A DNA stretch of 64,000 nucleotides, taken from Promethearchaeota archaeon. Its GTDB lineage: Archaea; Asgardarchaeota; Lokiarchaeia; Sigyniarchaeales; SOKP01. A model generated the notes under the pieces. That model saw only the letters and a list, made by a program, of their open reading frames with translations, made no database searches and was not told the DNA's origin. Positions 41,101 through 51,400 of the stretch are shown here, piece by piece (the stretch's first letter is position 1; every line of letters starts with the position of its first letter). Position numbers and translations under genes: made by a program. The stretch is taken from the NCBI GenBank assembly GCA_048939015.1, contig JBHLPW010000002.1:1-64000 (forward strand). Reading direction: 5' to 3'.

Positions 41101-44100
41101 CATCAACTAGATCACCATCCCTAAAACCATAATCATCAGCTATCAAGGTATTATCGATATAGATATCGAATGTATCAGTCGAACAATTAAATTCAACACT
41201 AAAATGATACCATTTATCATTAATACAGGGAATAAGATCAGACCAAGATGTAGAATCATAACATTGAAACATATTTCCATCTGTTCTAATGACTACTGCT
41301 AGCTCACTGATAGATCCTCTTATTCTAATATATATATTCTCAGCTGAATCATTTGTACATATCCAAAATTCAACTACTCCATTTGATTTAGCGGAGGCAA
41401 AACTATCTAAAATATTAGCCGAAGGTGAAGAATTAGTGTCAATAAATTCCACAACTTTTTTATGATTTATGTATTCTTCAATTACTTGTACTGAAATGCC
41501 CTTCGCTACATCTGATACTAATCTTGAAGGTCTTGATCCAATTGAATCTTCTTCAAACCCAAAAGTTGCTGGATAATATCCACTCATAGGTTCATTGTAT
41601 ACTTTATCTTCAGGTGTTTTAATCTCTATTCCATAATCAACTTTAAAATATCTTAATTCAGATTCGTATAATATCCCTCGTGAATCCTCACCAAACAATT
41701 GAATTTGATGCACTCCTTCATCCAAATATGGAATGGTAGTATTTCCAAATATTGTTTTATTTATTTGTCCCTCTAATGAATAACCTAACCAAGTTAATTC
41801 GGTATTCTGAATAGTACTAATCAGTAATCCATCATTTGCATTATCGCCAATATTATAGTTTGAATCCCATGAATACCCAATAGCATCGGCATAGCATATA
41901 TCTCCATTAAAATGATAGAAATTTTGACCACTTGGAGTATTATTATATCGGAAACTAAAGGGTCCAAATTGTTCGTTATCTATAGCTACTTGCCAATACC
42001 ATTGTGATAAGCCCATATATCCTCCACTAGAGGTTTCAAAATCAATTCTCATATGATACCATGTGTTATCCAAAGTAGATTTTCCTAAATTATACATACC
42101 ACCAGTATGATTATTATAAACAAATTTTTCGTTATCTATTCCAATAGAAAAAGCTTGTCCTTGCCCAATTTGATATATCTGTGATGATATGGCATAAGAT
42201 GCATCTTCAATTGCCCACCAAAATTCAATAGTACCATGTTCTTCTGGTGTTTCAAATATATGATTTATCGAAATATCTCCAGGCCCAGGATCCTCCATTT
42301 TTAAAACCTTATTATGACCTTGAAATTCATCGATTATTTCACAAACACCATAAGTGTCGACCCACCCAAAAGGATCACTTGCATCTTGGTCATTCTCGAA
42401 TCCAAAAGTGGCAGGATAATATCCGTATGTTGGTGCAAAATAAGTTTTGTTTTCAGGTGTGCTAATATTAAAGAATGAACCTGTATCTACTGAAAAGTAC
42501 CTTAATTCAGAATTATAGATACTTCCTAACGTATCATTACCAATTACCTGAATATGGTGACTTCCATCTTTAGGAAAGGGGATTGAAGTATTTCCTAATA
42601 TTGGTATTATTGATTGACTGTCCAGAGAATATCCTTGCCAATCTAGATTAGTGCTATTCTCATAACTTAGTAGTAATCCTTCATTGAAATTATCACCAAC
42701 ATTATATCCTATATCCCATGAGTAACTTATTGCATCAGCCCAGAATTCAATAGCTTGAGTATTACCGGTATATAACTCTACTTCATAAGCATCTCCAGTG
42801 AAAGAATAATTAGCTATAGGTGATTCAAAATAGAGAGATCCGTCAGCTTGATAAATCCTAAATTTATATTTATTTGCATCTAAATCTTTATAGGTTCCAT
42901 CTCCAGAAAAATCTATACTCACTCGAAACCATTCATTTATAGAATTTAAACCTGTATTAATTTCGGTAGTACCATTTTTATAATACCACACATTATCATA
43001 GCTATATACATCAACTATATACTGATCGAGCGAATTTTTTATAAAAAAATGAGTGTGGTAATTATGACTATTATAGTATATCCAATATTCAACTGTTCCA
43101 CTAGTAATATTTTCATAGAATATTTGTGCAGGATATAGGTGAATACCACCTCCGGGATCGTTCAGATACAGAACATTATTGTGCCCATCTTTAGAATCAA
43201 CTACGTATACTCTTCCTTGATAAGAACCATATCCTTCTTCTGACCATGCATTTGGAAAATCCCCACTTTTATCATTCTCAAATCCATAGGTGGCAGGATA
43301 ATAGCCACTCATTGGACAAGTATAGATCTTATCTTCAGGTGTGATTAAATTTAAATGATGAACTGAAAAGCAACGAATATTAGATTGAAAATTAGTCCCT
43401 AATGAATTATTTCCATATACCCGAATTGAATGTGGTCCATCCTCTGGCAATGGAATCGTAGCATTCCCTAAAATTGTTCTATTAATCTGTCCATCTAAAG
43501 AATAGCCCATCCAATCAAGATTGGTATTATTTTCATAACTTAGTAATAATCCTTCATTGAAATTATCACCAACATTATATCCTATATCCCATGAGTAACT
43601 TATTGCATCAGCCCAGAATTCAATAGCTTGAGTATTACCGGTATATAACTCTACTTCATAAGCATCTCCAGTGAAAGAATAATTAGCTATAGGTGATTCA
43701 AAATAGAGAGATCCGTCAGCTTGATAAATCCTAAATTTATATTTATTTGCATCTAAATCTTTATAGGTTCCATCTCCAGAAAAATCTATACTCACTCGAA
43801 ACCATTCATTTATAGAATTTAAACCTGTATTAATTTCGGTAGTACCATTTTTATAATACCACACATTATCATAGCTATATACATCAACTATATACTGATC
43901 GAGCGAATTTTTTATAAAAAAATGAGTGTGGTAATTATGACTATTATAGTATATCCAATATTCAACTGTTCCACTAGTAATATTTTCATAGAATATTTGT
44001 GCAGGATATAGGTGAATACCACCTCCGGGATCGTTCAGATACAGAACATTATTGTGCCCATCTTTAGAATCAACTACGTATACTCTTCCTTGATAAGAAC

Positions 44101-45250
44101 CATATCCTTCTTCTGACCATGCATTTGGAAAATCCCCACTTTTATCATTCTCAAACCCATAAGTTCCGAAATAATACCCATTCATTGGTTTTGAATAAGT
44201 TTTCGCTTCTGGTGTTATTATATCTATTGGAAAATCTACTGTGAAATATCTAATTTCAGATTGGTGATTTATTCCTAATTGATCCATCCCAAAGATATGA
44301 ATTGTATGAAGCCCATCTTCTGGCATTCTAATTGTCGTGTTACCAAGAATAGGTCTTTTATTTTGACTATCTAAAGAATAACTTTTTCTATCAAGTGTGC
44401 TATTAGAATCAAAACTAATTAATAAGCCTTCATATAGATTATCTCCCACTTGATAGTTAGGATCCCAAGAATATCCTACGGCATCATAAAAAGTCGAATA
44501 CCCAGATTCAGTAGTCCTTGTATAAATTTGAAAACTACCAAGGGATTGGTGGTCGTGAGTACCTATCATTGGATAAGGACCATATTTTTCCCCATCGATA
44601 TATACTTGCCATTTCTCCTCCGGTAACCCACTATAGTTTCCCTCAGTACATTCAAAATCAATATGAATGTGATACCACGTATTATCTGAAGCAATTTTTC
44701 CCACATCATACCATAGAAAGCCAGGGCTATAATATCTTCTAAATTTATCCTCCCGTATTGAGATACAAACCGCATAGCTACCTCCAGGAGGCTCATATAT
44801 TACTGCATCGGCTGGGTCAGTTGCATCTGTAACTCTCCACCAAAATTCAATAGATCCATATGATTGAGTTTTTCCAAATGTTTGTATAGCTCGAGTTTCA
44901 TAACTAGTATCTGTATCTTGTAATTCTACTACTTTCTTATGACCATCTAGATCACCTATTATATCTGCTGCGCCGCCTTTTCTATCTATTTTCCAACCAT
45001 TCGGGTCAGTATTTTCTCTATCATTTTCAAATCCAAAAGTTGCAGGATAATATCCTTCCATAGCATCTGTATATGTTTTATTTTGCGGAGTTACAATTGT
45101 TATACTATTGCTACTTAATTTTAAATCTACTTTTTCATCAGAAACTTTATTTAATCTATTGATTCCAAAATTATTCATAAAAGCATAACTACATAACCCA
45201 ACTAAAAGGATTAAACTTAAGGAGATTAATCTTATTCTTATCTTTTTCAA
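38138..45250 (-). CDS. Giant cell-surface glycoprotein (2370 aa): 7 Ig-like/LamG-like modules, 3 Ig-like stalk units, Loki-CTERM-type anchor
   Basis: Signal peptide; seven GYYPATxGFE...WYHxxIDF...YSWDPNYxxGDN units of about 290 aa; C-terminal PAIPTY-TM-KKKIK. Confidence 0.82.
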   Translation of the reverse strand: MKKIRIRLISLSLILLVGLCSYAFMNNFGINRLNKVSDEKVDLKLSSNSITIVTPQNKTYTDAMEGYYPATFGFENDRENTDPNGWKIDRKGGAADIIGDLDGHKKVVELQDTDTSYETRAIQTFGKTQSYGSIEFWWRVTDATDPADAVIYEPPGGSYAVCISIREDKFRRYYSPGFLWYDVGKIASDNTWYHIHIDFECTEGNYSGLPEEKWQVYIDGEKYGPYPMIGTHDHQSLGSFQIYTRTTESGYSTFYDAVGYSWDPNYQVGDNLYEGLLISFDSNSTLDRKSYSLDSQNKRPILGNTTIRMPEDGLHTIHIFGMDQLGINHQSEIRYFTVDFPIDIITPEAKTYSKPMNGYYFGTYGFENDKSGDFPNAWSEEGYGSYQGRVYVVDSKDGHNNVLYLNDPGGGIHLYPAQIFYENITSGTVEYWIYYNSHNYHTHFFIKNSLDQYIVDVYSYDNVWYYKNGTTEINTGLNSINEWFRVSIDFSGDGTYKDLDANKYKFRIYQADGSLYFESPIANYSFTGDAYEVELYTGNTQAIEFWADAISYSWDIGYNVGDNFNEGLLLSYENNTNLDWMGYSLDGQINRTILGNATIPLPEDGPHSIRVYGNNSLGTNFQSNIRCFSVHHLNLITPEDKIYTCPMSGYYPATYGFENDKSGDFPNAWSEEGYGSYQGRVYVVDSKDGHNNVLYLNDPGGGIHLYPAQIFYENITSGTVEYWIYYNSHNYHTHFFIKNSLDQYIVDVYSYDNVWYYKNGTTEINTGLNSINEWFRVSIDFSGDGTYKDLDANKYKFRIYQADGSLYFESPIANYSFTGDAYEVELYTGNTQAIEFWADAISYSWDIGYNVGDNFNEGLLLSYENSTNLDWQGYSLDSQSIIPILGNTSIPFPKDGSHHIQVIGNDTLGSIYNSELRYFSVDTGSFFNISTPENKTYFAPTYGYYPATFGFENDQDASDPFGWVDTYGVCEIIDEFQGHNKVLKMEDPGPGDISINHIFETPEEHGTIEFWWAIEDASYAISSQIYQIGQGQAFSIGIDNEKFVYNNHTGGMYNLGKSTLDNTWYHMRIDFETSSGGYMGLSQWYWQVAIDNEQFGPFSFRYNNTPSGQNFYHFNGDICYADAIGYSWDSNYNIGDNANDGLLISTIQNTELTWLGYSLEGQINKTIFGNTTIPYLDEGVHQIQLFGEDSRGILYESELRYFKVDYGIEIKTPEDKVYNEPMSGYYPATFGFEEDSIGSRPSRLVSDVAKGISVQVIEEYINHKKVVEFIDTNSSPSANILDSFASAKSNGVVEFWICTNDSAENIYIRIRGSISELAVVIRTDGNMFQCYDSTSWSDLIPCINDKWYHFSVEFNCSTDTFDIYIDNTLIADDYGFRDGDLVDVHNFQIYSSASNNLTYYVDAIGYSWDPGYNVGDNLNEGLLLSFTNSTVFDWQGFSLDLQPIKTILGNSTIKMPVDGEHLIRVFGNDSLGELYQSRLQHFEVSSIKLVTPVNQTYTQPMDGYYLATHGFENDEDGTYPEGWTILEASDTSVQVISGIDGHQKVLELYDNNNAGAGLVKLWNNFSSVQVYGTVEFWWRISDASQAGAFRLANLDVVTDSLFAVEIRNNEFRYTNGTDYSLCPASSNNWYHLSVDFECSTGNYKGLNQYSCFIHINGSKYGPFKFENNEPQATLFWISTASTEMNYYMYFDAIGYSWDSNYQIGANMDEGLLLSYKNRIVLDWQGYSLDDHISKTIYGNTTIPIPENGVHSVQVFGNDSLGLEYYSQIRYFTVQYFPIDIITPENKTYTDPMSGYYPATYGFEDTHNNNDPLNFLDSEDNWKVIDEFNGHKKVYNCYEGGAIFFQQFTTGPQSNGTFECWAANEITTYTSSHSFQIRLHNGTVDICCVAIGVGDKFLYLDNTGWHDTGLPVINNKWYHIRMDFEATNGGYMGLSQYQWNLYINGTKIGPLSFINNIAPTYMLSWSMPYSHNRYVDAIGYSWDPNYKIGDNLNEGLLLSYESEIALDWQGYSLDSQTIKTILGNTTIPLPSDGLHTIQVFGNDTVGYMRSSLIRYFTISCIADIINPNITINSPLLYDLFGSSEPYFNITVIEPNLDTMWYTLDGGLTIVLITEPTGNIDQIEWGKFGNGTVTIRFYANDTAGNVGWEDVLVRKDVLPPEITITTPISNYLFGSTTPSFSLIIVEPNLNIMWYTLDGGVTILLITEPMGNIDQTEWDNFGNGTVTIRFYANDSVGNSDWEEVTVRKDVLSPEITINSPEDNQAFTDRAPSFELTINEGNLDEIWYTLDGGEINETCTLTGDIIQEYWNALPPGEYTLRFYATDTLGHEGYAEVSIKKSESPAIPTYNINMLYLIMIFSLISISWQLKKKIK
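42674..44155. repeat. Identical intragenic direct repeat of about 609 bp (42674-43282 and 43547-44155, offset 873 bp)
   Basis: Both copies read identically between the flanking mismatches at 42673/43546 and 43283/44156; the peptide FENDKSGDFPNAWSEEG...GDNFNEGL occurs twice. Confidence 0.9.
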
Positions 45251-45403
45251 ACAAATTTCACCAAAATTTATTTTGACTATTTAATATAATCTGAGATACA
45301 AAAATGTCAAGTTAGTATTTAAAAATTTGTCAAAAATTTAATAAATCAAATCTAAGATAACAATTTGACCAGACGTAATCAAAGAAAAAGAAAAAAGAGA
45401 ATT

Positions 45404-48400
45404 TTATTTTATTTTTTTCTTAAGTTGCCAAATCAAAGATATTGTTCCGATCATCATTATCAGAAAAAGTATAATATTATGATAACTAGATATAGCGGGA
45501 GATTCTGTCTTCTTAATAATAACCTCAGCATATCCTTCATGACCCAATGTATCAGTAGCATAAAATCTTAGAGTGTATTCTCCAGGAGGTAATGCATTCC
45601 AATATGATTGGTCAATTTGTCCAGAAAATGTACAAGTTTCATTGATTAATCCACCATCTAATGTGTACCATATAGTATCTAAATTACCTTCAATTATATC
45701 TAAATCAAAGTTTGGAGCTCTATCTGTGAATATTTGATTGTCTCCTGGGAGATTAATCGTGATCTCTGGTGAAAGTACATCTTTCCTCACAGTTACTTCC
45801 TCCCAATTAGAATTCCCTACTGTATCATTTGCATAAAACCTAATAGTAACCGTTCCGTTTCCAAACTTATCCCATTCCGTTTGGTCAATGTTTCCTATAA
45901 GTCCTATCATAGGTATAATTGTTACTCCTCCATCTAAAGTATACCACATAGTGTTCAAATTTGGTTCTAGAATAGTTGCATCAAATGAAGGAGCAGTACT
46001 TTCGAAGAGATAATTTGAGATCGGTGTAGTGATTGTAATCTCTGGTGGAAGCACATCTTTTCTCAATAATACTTCTTCCCATCCAACATTACCAGCCGTA
46101 TCATTTGCATAAAATCTAATTGTTACCGTTCCGTTTCCAAATTTACCCCATTCTATTTGGTCAATGTTTCCCGTGGGTTCAGTAATAAGAATAATTGTTA
46201 ACCCACCATCCAGGGTATACCACATAGTATCCAAATTAGGTTCAATAACTGTTATATTAAAGTATGGTTCAGTACTTCCGAAAAGGTCATATAGAAGTGG
46301 TGAATTGATGGTAATGTTAGGATCAACAATATCACCTGCGGTTGAAATTGTAAAATACCGAATTAATGAAGACCTCATATATCCCCAGGTATCATTTCCA
46401 AATACTTGAATAGTGTGTACTCCATCAGATGGCATAGGAATTGTTGTATTTCCCAGAATAGTTATAATTGGTTGAGAGTCGAGTGAATATCCTTGCCAAT
46501 CAAGAGCATAATTGCTTTGATAACTAAGAAGTAAGCTCTCATTTATATTATCTCCAACATTGTAATTTGGATCCCATGAAAATCCAACAGCGTCAATATA
46601 AAAACTATAATCTACATGATATATACTACTTGCTATACTAAAGTATTTCATCATTGTATTTGGATTCCGATAATCATAACCAGAAGAACCACCGTAGGTT
46701 GTTCCATTCACAGTAATCCAAAATTTATCTATAGTTGAATTGAATGTAATTGAGATATGATACCATATATTACTTAGAATTGGAGAGATGTTATAATAAG
46801 CGTCCGTTCTATAAGTAAGATATCCACTGTCAACACGTAGATATATTCCATCAGATGAATCTGTTTCAAAGAGGTTAATACTAGTTCGCATGCTTGAATT
46901 TTCAATTAAATAATAAAATTCGATTGTCCCATTATCTCTATTTGTCAAGTTAATTTTCATTTGAGTTTGTTCTGAATATACTGTGTCTGTTAGGTTGACT
47001 ACTTTTCTGTGATTATAATAACTATCTATTACCTCACACATACCTCCAAAAGCAACATCTTGATACCATCCATTTGGGAATGCTTTTTCTTCATCATTTT
47101 CAAATCCATACGTAGCATGGTAATATCCGCTCATAGGGTTAGTATATGTAATATTATAAGGCGTTATTATATTTATTGGGAAATATTGAACAGTAAAATG
47201 CCTAAGAGAGGAATAATAATTATTTCCAATAGAATCATTTCCAAATACTTGAATTTTATGTACTCCATTTGAAGGCATAACAAATGTAGTATTACCGAAA
47301 ATTGTTCTGTTAATTTGTCCATCTAAGGAATACCATTGCGAATCAATATTAGTACTATTTTCATAACCTAGTAACAACCCTTCATTAAGGTTATCTCCAA
47401 TATTATAATTAGGATCCCAGGAATAACCAACTGCATCAAAATAAGAATTGTATCCAAGTCCATAACTATAAGTATGCAAGTGAAATTCATCTAATTGTTC
47501 ATCAGCACCAAAAAGATATGGTCCATAACCAACTCCATTTATATATACGTAGAATTCATTTTCATTAAGGCCATGATATCCTCCTGTAGTATGTTCAAAA
47601 TCAATCCTAATATGATACCATGTATTTATCAATGGAGTTGCGGCTCCAATAATCGGAGTGTCACTACCATTATGATGTACATGCCATTCAGCAGGACTTC
47701 CACCAAACATCCTTACTCCAAACAAGATATTACCATTTCCCATCCCCGTGATCTGGCTTCTATCACCATCACTTCCTAAATCATCTTGTTGTACCCAAAC
47801 CTCAATTGTACCGTTATCTTTATTATTTATAAGATTATATATTCTTGTTGGATTTCCACTTCCACCTTGATTATCAAATAATCGAAGGACTTTTTTATGT
47901 CCATCTAGTTCTGAAATTACTTCCGCTTCGGGATTTTCAATTTGAATTACCCAATCTTTTGGATCAGCATTGTTTTCATCATTCTCAAATCCATAGGTAG
48001 CTGGAAAGTAACCACTCATCGGATTAGTATAGGTTTTATTTTCAGGAGTGAATATTATAAAAGGTGAGACTGTGAAATATCTAATCTCAGATTTATATAA
48101 AATCTCTCTGAAATCCATACCAAAGAGTTGAATTTTATTACGTTGTTTGCTATAATTACTAAAAGGGATTACTTTATTTCCGAATATTGTTCTATTAGAC
48201 TGTCCATTTAATGAATAACTAGTCCATTTTAGATCAGTGGTTTTAGTAAAATCCAATAATATACCTTCATCCTCGTTATCACCAATATTATAATTAGGAT
48301 CCCATGAATACCCGATTGCATCTATATAAGAGTAAAAATTCGAATCAGTACCAGTTGTGCCAAAATAAATTGTGTCCATGGCGCTTGGTGCTCCATAAAA

Positions 48401-51400
48401 GGCATATCCTGCGCCATTTGTTTTATTGCCATCTATCCATAAATGCCATTCTCCTGCTGTACAGTTCCATTCAATTCTAAGATGATACCATTGATCCATA
48501 TTGTAAGTCATTATATCTTGAGGCGCAGTAGTGTAATAACGAATCCAACCATTATCATCGAAGTATAAGTAAACTGCTTTCGTTTCCACACCATCATAAA
48601 TGAAAACTTTTGTTCTTGTTGTATTATCCCCACACCGAACATATAATTCAATAGTTCCTGTATTCTGATCAGCGAAATTGTGGTAAACTTCCACCATATC
48701 AGTTGAAGAAGTATCATGTAATTCCAAAACTTCATTATGACCATCAATATCAGATAAAATATTGACTGTTCCTCCCTTTTCACCTATTTTCCACCCAACT
48801 GGAACTGAACTATCTGAAAATTGCACAAGATCGTCTCTTTCAAATCCAAAGGTTGCTGGATAATATCCATGCATTACACTCTCATATGTTTTGTTTTCTG
48901 GAGTGATAATATTAAAGAAATTACCAGTATTTACAGAAAAGTATCGATTATCTGAATTATAGATATTCCCTAAAGTATCGTTACTAAATACTTGAATATG
49001 ATGAGATCCATCAGAAGGCATCGGAATTGTTGTATTTCCCAGAATAGTTATAATTGGTTGAGAGTCGAATGAATATCCTTGCCAATCAAGATTGGTAGTA
49101 TTTTCATAACTTAGTAACAATCCTTCATTTAAATTGTCTCCGATGTTATAATTGGGATCCCAAGAAAAACTCAACGCATCTAAATAGATATGATAATTGT
49201 AATTAGATATGCTTGTCCAATATAGAATTGTATCTAGATGTGTGCAATTAGTTAAAAAGGGTAAAGATGCTGATAATGTATTGTCTACCGTATATCTTAA
49301 TGTATATTGAGATAGACCGGTATAATTTCCACCTGTACATTCAAAATCTATTCTTATATGATGCCAATTATTGACCAACGGAGTCCCTAATGCCGGTATT
49401 ATTGTCCATGACGGATTTAACCCTTTCCAAGCCGAATCCATAAGTTGAAAACCTGCAAAAACACTTAAGGAGCTATCTTGAAATTCAAATTGAAAAGGTC
49501 TGTTAATATCAGTACTTCTAACCCAATATTCCATTGTACCATAGGTTTGGGGTATTGATAAGTTATTCCTCATAGACACATGACCATAAGTGATAGGATC
49601 ATCTAAATCTAAGATTTTTTTATGTCCATCCAACTCAGAAATAACTTTTAAATTACAACCCGACGCAGTAAGATTAATAAAATCTCTTGGAAGCGTCCCA
49701 TCTTTTTCACTCTCAAAACCATAAGTAGCAGGATAATATCCACTCATTGGAGTCGTATACGCTTTATCTTCAGGAGTAACAATACTTATATGATGAGTTG
49801 AAAAATATCGTGTAGTAGATTGGTATTGATTGTTCAAAGAGTCGTTTCCATATACCCGAATGAAATGGTTTCCATCTTCTGGAAGAGATAATGTAGTATT
49901 TCCGAAAATCCTTTTGAATGGTTGATTATCTAAAGAATACCATGTCTTATTTAAGCTAGTACTATTTTTATAATAAAGAAGTAATCCTTCTTTCATATTT
50001 TCTCCCACGTTATAATTAGGATCCCATGAATATCCTACAGCATCAAAGTAAGCATAATAATTTGGATCAGCCGCTGAGTTACCGGTTGTTATTCTGATTT
50101 TATTTGCGTAAGTAGATGGATTCTGCATTATAAAGTCGGAATTGCTTTGGTTTCCATTCAGATATACCCTAAATGTATTGGCTGCTAATCCCATATACCC
50201 TCCAGATCCACATTCAAAATCGATTCTAAGGTGATACCATTGATTTCCATTAATTGCACCAAATTCTGTCAAATCGATAGAGTCTGTATTGTTTACCGCA
50301 ACTAGATATCCTGCTGTATTAAATCTCACTGTTAAAATTGGTACAGCATCATAATAAGGTTGAACCCAAAGTGGATAGCCTGATATTTTCACGAGAACCC
50401 AAAGTTCAACAGTGCCATTAGATTGATTTGCATATGAATTATAGGTATCGGGATTTCCCCCTCCATTATTATCAAATAGTTCATACACTCTCTCATGTCC
50501 GTTGTATGAATCGACTAGATAAGAGTGGGTGGTTGATACCACATCATGCGTCCAATTTTTAGCATCAGCTCCAGGAAGATCACTCTCAAATCCATATGTA
50601 GCTGGATAATATCCACTCATAGGTTCGCCATAGACTTTAGCTTCTGGAGTTATTATTTCAATCGGAAAATCAACAGTAAAATATGTAATATTTGATTGAT
50701 ACTCTTGTTCATACTGATCAACTCCAAAAATTTGCATGCTATGAAGTCCATTTTCTGGCATTGTAATTATAGTATCTCCTTTTATAGCCCTCTTCAGTTG
50801 ATTATCTAAAGAGTAGCTCATTGTATGAAGAAGAACTTCTGTATCAAAACTAATAACTAAACCTTCTTCTGAATTATCCCCAATTTCATAATTTGGATCC
50901 CATGAATAGCCAATCGCATCAGCATAAGCGATATCTCCAGTATTAGAATAAAAAGCAATAGTATCAGGAACCTTATTATTCGCGAAAGTATATGGTCCAT
51001 AGGACTCACCATCAATATACAATTGCCATCTCCATTCTGACAAACCCATATATTTGCCTTCAGTAGTCTCAAAATCTATTCTTATATGATACCAAGTGTT
51101 ATCTAAAGCCGTCTTTCCAACATCATACCATGTACTATTGTAATATTCGAATTTATCACTTGTAATTCTAATACAAAAACAATTTCCAACTGCAAGATTA
51201 TTTATCTGATTTTGAATTGAAAGAGAAGCATCTCTTTCTGCCAGCCAATATTCAATAGTACCAAAATCTGGTGGTGATTCCAAAGTATCGCCTATTCCAA
51301 TTTGTCCCGCTCCAGGATCAACCATTTCTAAGACTTTTTTATGTCCTTGAAATTCTTGAATAATTTGTGAACTATCACCTCCATCATACCAATCCTCTGG

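Noticed and set aside
45365-45571. 68-aa plus-strand ORF
   Set aside because: It is antisense to the anchor-coding end of the giant surface gene and low in complexity.
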